DNA of 55,684 bases from Candidatus Segetimicrobium genomatis (GTDB lineage: Bacteria > Sysuimicrobiota > Sysuimicrobiia > Sysuimicrobiales > Kaftiobacteriaceae), in the NCBI GenBank assembly GCA_005882335.1, contig VBAP01000004.1, positions 1 through 55,684 of the forward strand, given 5' to 3'. Position numbers and translations under genes: made by a program. The notes under the pieces are model-generated. The model was not told where the DNA came from. It was given only the letters and a program-made list of their open reading frames with translations, and ran no database searches. This document shows positions 50,303 to 55,684 of this stretch, piece by piece. The number at the start of each line of letters is the position of its first letter. Positions within the stretch are counted from its first letter, which is position 1.

Positions 50303-50710
50303 ATGGATCCGCACTGTGACATCCATGCGTTAGAGGCGAACATTGTCATCCAGCAGGATAGCAGCGTCCTACTTGTTCGCCCGAGGGCTCCATCGGATGG
50401 CGCTGAAGGGTGGCGATTGCCCGGAGATATGCTGCGGTTTGGCGAGGCGCCAGAGACCTGCGCGCGCCGCATCCTCCGAGACCAGCTGGGCCTGGAACCG
50501 GAGTGGGTGGCCCTGGCCGAGGTCGAATCGTCCGTGGATGGCGGCGTGTGGAACCTGGTCTTCCATTTCCGGTGCGATGCGGACCGCCGGCCGGGTCCGG
50601 GGCCGGCGATTGCCGAGGCGCGGTTCTTTCAGATCGAGCATCTTCCCCCCACCGCGCATGAGACGAGGGAGCGAGATGTCATCTACCGTGTGATCACGGC
50701 AGCGGGATGA
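50303..50710 (+). CDS. Nudix-fold protein with degenerate Nudix box
   Basis: WRLPG.....GE...CARRILRDQLGL; AAGGAG RBS. Confidence 0.8.
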   Translation: MDPHCDIHALEANIVIQQDSSVLLVRPRAPSDGAEGWRLPGDMLRFGEAPETCARRILRDQLGLEPEWVALAEVESSVDGGVWNLVFHFRCDADRRPGPGPAIAEARFFQIEHLPPTAHETRERDVIYRVITAAG

Positions 50711-51510
50711 TTCCGCACGCCGCGGTACAGCGGTTTCTCGAAGCCTGCGCCGCGGACCAGGATGTCGTGGCGGCGTTCATCGGAGGATCTCATGCCGCAG
50801 GTATCGCCGATCTTTTCTCGGACCTTGATCTCTACGTGATCACTACCGATGAAGGATACGGGCGGTTCTTCGATCGCCGGCGTGAGTTCTTGCGGCGCCT
50901 GGGGTAACCGGTGTTGGAAGAGGATTTTTCCGGCTTTGGGTTTGACACGCTCCTGTTCCTTCTCAACGATGGTGTGGATGGTGAGCTGGCTTTCGCTCGC
51001 GCGTCGCACTTCACTCACATCCACGGCGGCCCGTTCCGGTTCCTCGTGGACAAACAGGGGATCTTGCGCGGCATGGAATTCCCGCTCTACCGTCCTGACG
51101 CCACGGCGCAGCGGCAAACGCTACGCGAGCTTCTGGTTTCGTTCTGGCGCGATGCGTGGCATTTTGGCAAAGCCATGGCGCGGGGCCAGCTGTGGTCCGC
51201 GCAGGGCGGGCTGGAGCGGATGCGGCGGGCGGTGGTGAACCTGATGCGGCTGCGCGCGGACTTCGCTGCCCCGGCGGAAGGCTACAACAAGGTCGAGCGC
51301 GCGCTTGGCGCTGAACAACTGGCGGCGCTGGAAGACACGGTGTGCCCACTGCAGGCCGGCGCGATGTGGCACGCGGCGCGCAAGTTCAGTGGGCTGTGCC
51401 GCGGCCTAGGGACCGACCTGGCCCGGCACCAGGCGGTCGACTATCCTTCGGCGCTGGATGGTGTTGTCTCCGACCGGCTGGCCCGTCTGTCCGAACGTGC
51501 CACGCAATGA
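50707..51510 (+). pseudogene. Pol-beta-type nucleotidyltransferase (antibiotic adenylyltransferase-like) with internal TAA
   Basis: GGSHAAG.AD..SDLD motif; one frame throughout with a stop at 50905-50907; helical C-terminal domain. Confidence 0.78.
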
Positions 51511-52226
51511 CTGAACTGCTCTATTTGCACGACAGCTATCTGCGGGAGTTCGATGCGACCGTGGAGGCGCAGAGCGGCCAGGCCGTGTCGCTGGACCGGA
51601 CATCCTTCTATGTCGGCGGCGGCGGCCAGCCCGCCGATGTGGGGCTGCTGCGGTGGACCGGTGGCGAGTGTCGCGTGGCCGAGGTGCGCAGGACCGCCGA
51701 CGGAGTGTGGCACGCTGTGGAGGGACCGCTGCCTCCCGTCGGGACGCCACTGCACGGAATTGTGGATTGGGAGCGGCGGTACGCCATCATGCGGCACCAC
51801 TCCGCGCTGCATGTGCTCGTCGGCGTGGTCTACAAGCAGTTCAACGCGCTGGTGACCGGTGGCGCGATCTACCCGGATCGCGCGCGGATGGATTTTTCGT
51901 TGGAGGACCTCGGCAAGGAGCGCGTGACGGCGATCGAAGCCGAAGCGAACCGCGTCCTTGCGGAGGACCGGCGCATCCTGGTGCGGTTTGTCTCGCGCGA
52001 AGAATTTGAGCGGTCTGATCTCACCCGCCTGGCTAGGAATCTGCTGCCGCCGGAAATTCGCGAGGTCCGCGTGGTGGAGATCGAAGGCTTCGATGCGCAG
52101 GCTGATGGTGGGACGCACGTGCGCAGCACGACGGAGATCGGGCGGCTGACAATCACGAAGACCGAGAACAAAGGCAAGATCAACCGCAGACTTGAGATCG
52201 CGCTCTCGAGCGGATCGTCACGGTGA
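51507..52226 (+). CDS. AlaX-family trans-editing protein
   Basis: LLYLHDSYLREF, GGGQPAD, RHHSALH and ADGGTH. Confidence 0.92.
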   Translation: MTELLYLHDSYLREFDATVEAQSGQAVSLDRTSFYVGGGGQPADVGLLRWTGGECRVAEVRRTADGVWHAVEGPLPPVGTPLHGIVDWERRYAIMRHHSALHVLVGVVYKQFNALVTGGAIYPDRARMDFSLEDLGKERVTAIEAEANRVLAEDRRILVRFVSREEFERSDLTRLARNLLPPEIREVRVVEIEGFDAQADGGTHVRSTTEIGRLTITKTENKGKINRRLEIALSSGSSR

Positions 52227-52296
52227 CATGAGGAGGACTCCTCCGCGCCCTGCGCCAACCCATATCAGTGCATTTCCCGGAGGACTGAGATCTGTC

Positions 52297-52704
52297 ATGC
52301 AGTGGCGGTCTGCCAGCGACCTTTTCGACCGTTTGCGCCGCATGGTCCGGGCGCTGGACTTGAACTACGTCGATGTGCGGCGGATCCGGTGCGTCCGGGT
52401 AACGGGGTCGCGAGCCAATGCCCTCGCGCGCATCTGGGGGCTGCCGCCGGTATTTCAGGATGCCCTGCGCCTCCGACCCCATTACGTGATTGAGTTCATG
52501 GTGCCGGCGTTCGACCGGCTCCCCCGCGAGGAACAGGATCGCGTGATTATCCACGAACTCCTGCACATCCCGCGGACGTTCAGTGGCGGGATCCGGCCGG
52601 AACGCTCGCCCTCGATGAGCATCAACCGGCACACCGTAGAGCGGTATTATCGGCAGTACCTGGCCGCGATGCGCCAGCGAAACGGCACCACCCCACCCGC
52701 GTAG
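52297..52704 (+). CDS. Putative HExxH metallopeptidase
   Basis: ARIWGLP...YVIE...FDRL...VIIHELLHIP..FSGGIR; GGAGG upstream. Confidence 0.8.
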   Translation: MQWRSASDLFDRLRRMVRALDLNYVDVRRIRCVRVTGSRANALARIWGLPPVFQDALRLRPHYVIEFMVPAFDRLPREEQDRVIIHELLHIPRTFSGGIRPERSPSMSINRHTVERYYRQYLAAMRQRNGTTPPA

Positions 52705-52712
52705 CTCGCCCG

Positions 52713-53321
52713 TTGCCTACCCGTATTTATCTCATCCGGCACGGCGAATCCACTTGGAATGCGCAGCGTCGCTGGCAAGGCGTCGCGGACGCGCCGCTGT
52801 CCGACGCCGGACGGGCCGAGGCGACACTCCTGGCGGACGCGTTGCACACCGTGCCACTGCGGGCTGTGTATTGCAGCCCTCTGCGGCGGGCAGTAGACAC
52901 GGCAGCCGTGGTCGCCGCCGTGCACCGGCTGGACGTGATACCGGTGGCGGATTTGCGCGAGATCGCGTTTGGCGTCTGGGAGAGCCTGCTCGCCGAAGAG
53001 GTGGAGCAGCGGTTTGGGGCGCTCCTGAAGGAGTGGTGGGAGCGGCCGGACCAGGTGCAGATCCCGGGGGCGGAGCCCCTGGAGGCCGCGCGCGCGCGAG
53101 TCGCGGCCGCCATTCATGGGATCGTGGCCCGCCACGAAGACGGTCAGGTGGCCGTCGTTGCCCACGGCGGCGTGAACAAGCTGCTCGTGCTGACGCTGCT
53201 GGACGCGCCGCTGTCCTCATACTGGCGGATGCGCCAGGACAATGCCTGCGTCAACATCGTCGAGTTTGACGGCGATCGCGGACGCGTGTTGGTACTGAAT
53301 GACACGACGCACCTGAAGTAG
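52713..53321 (+). CDS. Histidine phosphatase family protein
   Basis: LIRHGES, SPLRRA, LREI.FG.WE and VAHGG. Confidence 0.93.
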   Translation: MPTRIYLIRHGESTWNAQRRWQGVADAPLSDAGRAEATLLADALHTVPLRAVYCSPLRRAVDTAAVVAAVHRLDVIPVADLREIAFGVWESLLAEEVEQRFGALLKEWWERPDQVQIPGAEPLEAARARVAAAIHGIVARHEDGQVAVVAHGGVNKLLVLTLLDAPLSSYWRMRQDNACVNIVEFDGDRGRVLVLNDTTHLK

Positions 53322-53393
53322 CGGGATCGCGCAAGCGCGGGAACGCGACGGCGAGCCTCAGGACGGCAATGCGCGTTCCCCTGTTCCCGCGCG
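53321..53393. repeat. Degenerate inverted tandem-repeat cassette, 8-mer GCGGGAAC family
   Basis: Left GCGGGATC GCGCAAGC GCGGGAAC; right GCGTTCCC CTGTTCCC. Confidence 0.72.
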
Positions 53394-53451
53394 CCGCCCC
53401 GAGCGAAGCGTGGGGGTTCCCGTCATATCCCGTAAGTTATAATCTCAATCA

Positions 53452-54351
53452 ATGGTTGAGATTGACGCCCAGACAACCCTGGTCGGCATCATCGGCGATC
53501 CCGTGGCACACTCGTTGTCGCCGCGGATGCATAACGCGGCGTTCAACGCGCTGCAGATGAACTGGCGGTACGCCGCGTTTCGCGTGCCTGCGGCCGGGTT
53601 GAGCCAGGCGCTGCGTGGGGTCGTGGCGCTGGGGATGGCCGGGGTCAACGTGACCATCCCCCACAAGGAATCCGCTGCAGGAGTGCTCGATGAACTGGAT
53701 GACCTGGCGCGCCAGATCGGTGCCGTCAACACCGTGGGCGTGTCCGGAAGCCGGTTGCTGGGGTTCAATACTGATGGAGCGGGGATGCTCGATGCGTTGA
53801 CGTCCGATGGAGGAATGCCGGCAGCGGGTCGCCGCTGCGTTGTGGTCGGCGCCGGCGGCGGCGGACGGGCCGCGGCGTTTGCGCTTGCGGCCGCGGGCGC
53901 CTCGCGGGTCACCGTGCTCAACCGTACCGAACGCAAGGCGCAGAGTCTCGCCGACGCGGTGCGCCGTGCCGCTCCGGGTTGCCGGGTCGAGCCGGCTCCA
54001 CTCCTGGCGGACGTGGTGGAGCGTGTTGTCGGAGATGCCGAGATCGTCGTTCATGCCACCGCGGCGACGATGTCCGCGGCGATGGGCGGTGGCGGAGGCC
54101 GTGCCGACTGGCTGCAGGTCCTGGCCCGCCGCCTGCATCGGGGCATGGCCGTGCTCGACATGGTGTACACTCCGGCGTGGACGGAGTTGCTCGGCGCGGC
54201 GAAGGCGGCCGGGGCGACCGCAGTGAGCGGTCTCTCCATGCTGGTCTTCCAGGGAGCCCGCAGCTTCCAGGTGTGGACAGGACGCCCGGCGCCGCTCGAT
54301 GTGATGCGGCAAGCCGTCGGACTAACGGCGGTTGGAGAGTTGAAGAGTTGA
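53452..54351 (+). CDS. aroE: Shikimate dehydrogenase
   Basis: HSLSP.MHN, NVTIPHKE, NTDG, GAGGGG, DMVY and GLSMLVFQG; TATAAT 8 nt upstream of the ATG. Confidence 0.96.
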   Translation: MVEIDAQTTLVGIIGDPVAHSLSPRMHNAAFNALQMNWRYAAFRVPAAGLSQALRGVVALGMAGVNVTIPHKESAAGVLDELDDLARQIGAVNTVGVSGSRLLGFNTDGAGMLDALTSDGGMPAAGRRCVVVGAGGGGRAAAFALAAAGASRVTVLNRTERKAQSLADAVRRAAPGCRVEPAPLLADVVERVVGDAEIVVHATAATMSAAMGGGGGRADWLQVLARRLHRGMAVLDMVYTPAWTELLGAAKAAGATAVSGLSMLVFQGARSFQVWTGRPAPLDVMRQAVGLTAVGELKS

Positions 54352-54455
54352 AGAGTCACGGAAGTTGGAAAGTTGGAGAGTTGGAAAGTTGGAGAGGCGA
54401 CGGCGTGTTCAAGGGTCGTTACTTTCCAACTGTTCAACTTTCCAACTCTTCAACT
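54331..54455. repeat. Inverted tandem-repeat cassette, 8-mer AGTTGGAA family
   Basis: Left GTTGGAGA GTTGAAGA GTTGAAGA .. GTTGGAAA GTTGGAGA GTTGGAAA GTTGGAGA, containing the aroE stop; right TTCCAACT GTTCAACT TTCCAACT CTTCAACT. Confidence 0.92.
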
Positions 54456-54477
54456 CTGGCGTGGGGTGTCTAACGGG

Positions 54478-55599
54478 ATGCTGCGCTTTCTAACGGCCGG
54501 GGAATCTCATGGGAAGGCGTTGACCGCTGTCGTGGAGGGACTGCCGGCCGGGCTTGGGGTGAGCGAGGACGCCATCAACGCGCAGATGATCCGCCGCCAG
54601 CTTGGCTACGGCCGGAGTGTGCGGATGAAGTTGGAAGCAGACCACGTGGAGATCGTGTCAGGCGCGATGGGCGGGCAGACCATCGGAGGACCAGTCGCGC
54701 TGCGCATCGAGAACCGCGATGCCAGGGCCGATGAACCGCCCCTGACTCGACCGCGCCCCGGGCATGCCGATCTCGTCGGCATTATGAAGTTCGGTTTTGA
54801 CGATGCCCGGCGCGCCCTGGAACGCGCCAGCGCGCGAGAGACCGCGGCCCGGGTGGCGGTCGGCGCCCTGTGCCGGACCCTGTTGAACGAGTTCGGCATC
54901 CAGGTGTGCAGCCACGTGGTGGAGATCGGCGGCGTCGCGATCCGCACACGGCCGGAGCGCTGGGACGACATTCCATCGCTCGCGGAGGCCTCCGAGCTCC
55001 GATGTGTCGATGCCGGCGCGGAAGGGGAGATGCGCGCGGCGATCGATGATGCGCGCCAACGCGGCGACACCCTGGGCGGCGTGTTCGAGGTCATCGCCCT
55101 GGGCGTCCCGCCGGGATTGGGCAGCTATGTGCACTGGGACCGGAAGCTGGACGGTCGCCTGGCCCAGGCGGTGATGTCCATCCACGCCGTCAAGGGGGTC
55201 GAGGTCGGCCCAGGATTCGAGATGGCACGCACGCCGGGCTCGCGCGCCCACGATGAGATCTTCTGGACCCGCGGGCGCGGCTTCTTTCGAGAGACCAACC
55301 GCGCCGGCGGCACCGAGGGCGGGGTCACCACCGGCGCGCCGGTGGTGGTGCGGGGAGCGATGAAGCCGCTGTCTACGCTGATGTCTCCGCTGCGATCTGT
55401 CGACATTAAGACCAAGGAAGCGATCACCGGCGCGGTCGTCCGCAGCGACGTCTGTGCGGTACCGGCCGCCGGCGTTGTGGGAGAGTCCATGGTGTGTTTC
55501 GTGCTGGCCGACGCCTTGTTAGAGAAGTTTGGGAGTGACAGTCTCGCCGATATCAAGCTGGCATACGAGGCGTATCTCCGACGGATCAAGGAGATGTAA
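54478..55599 (+). CDS. aroC: Chorismate synthase
   Basis: TAGESHG, RPRPGHAD, ERASARETA and RSDVCAVP. Confidence 0.97.
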   Translation: MLRFLTAGESHGKALTAVVEGLPAGLGVSEDAINAQMIRRQLGYGRSVRMKLEADHVEIVSGAMGGQTIGGPVALRIENRDARADEPPLTRPRPGHADLVGIMKFGFDDARRALERASARETAARVAVGALCRTLLNEFGIQVCSHVVEIGGVAIRTRPERWDDIPSLAEASELRCVDAGAEGEMRAAIDDARQRGDTLGGVFEVIALGVPPGLGSYVHWDRKLDGRLAQAVMSIHAVKGVEVGPGFEMARTPGSRAHDEIFWTRGRGFFRETNRAGGTEGGVTTGAPVVVRGAMKPLSTLMSPLRSVDIKTKEAITGAVVRSDVCAVPAAGVVGESMVCFVLADALLEKFGSDSLADIKLAYEAYLRRIKEM

Positions 55600-55612
55600 T
55601 CGCCAGCAGAAC

Positions 55613-55684
55613 GTCTACCATGTCTACTATGTCTTCTATGTCTCCAAGGTCCACACGCACCTCAGGTCTGCGTAGGTAGACCTA
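55613..55684. repeat. Inverted tandem-repeat cassette, 9-mer GTCT family, cut by the window edge
   Basis: Left GTCTACCAT GTCTACTAT GTCTTCTAT GTCTCCAAG; the right arm begins TAGGTAGACC. Confidence 0.8.

Noticed and set aside
50905-50907. Selenocysteine or pyrrolysine recoding of the internal stop
   Set aside because: The codon is TAA, not TGA or TAG, and other genes here end in TAA normally.

Overview
This is a high-GC bacterial chromosome segment spanning the replication origin. Genes left of about 34.3 kb are mostly on the minus strand and all genes from 34.8 kb onward are on the plus strand. From left to right it holds: an hspR-hsp20-dnaK-grpE-dnaJ-clpB heat-shock operon; trxB/trxA; a lexA operon; the glycine cleavage system; assorted metabolic, transport and regulatory genes; parB-parA-rsmG-jag-yidC-yidD-rnpA-rpmH; a bipartite oriC around dnaA; dnaN-yaaA-recF-dciA-remB-gyrB-gyrA; a sugar ABC transporter; and aroE-aroC. 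The Firmicutes-like origin synteny, GAAC-N4-GTTC LexA boxes, HspR and high GC suggest a Terrabacteria lineage, possibly Armatimonadota-like; this is inference and unverified. No rRNA, tRNA, CRISPR array or transposase was seen. Four signals are not explained by the gene list. (1) About 19 cassettes built as short tandem repeats, a unique spacer and the inverted tandem repeats, using about 11 different 7-, 8- and 9-mer units and sitting at gene 3' ends. (2) A GHKL-ATPase/winged-helix gene placed as first gene of the dnaA operon inside oriC. (3) Three ungapped copies of a 64-nt structured element with strand-specific G-U pairing. (4) A lexA operon carrying a small membrane protein and a catalytically degenerate RNase H-like protein. 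Several lesions (about 38 nt missing from dnaA, a trxA indel, a nonsense codon in a nucleotidyltransferase, a truncated CGNR gene) may be assembly errors. Many start sites were re-picked by eye from the ORF track.
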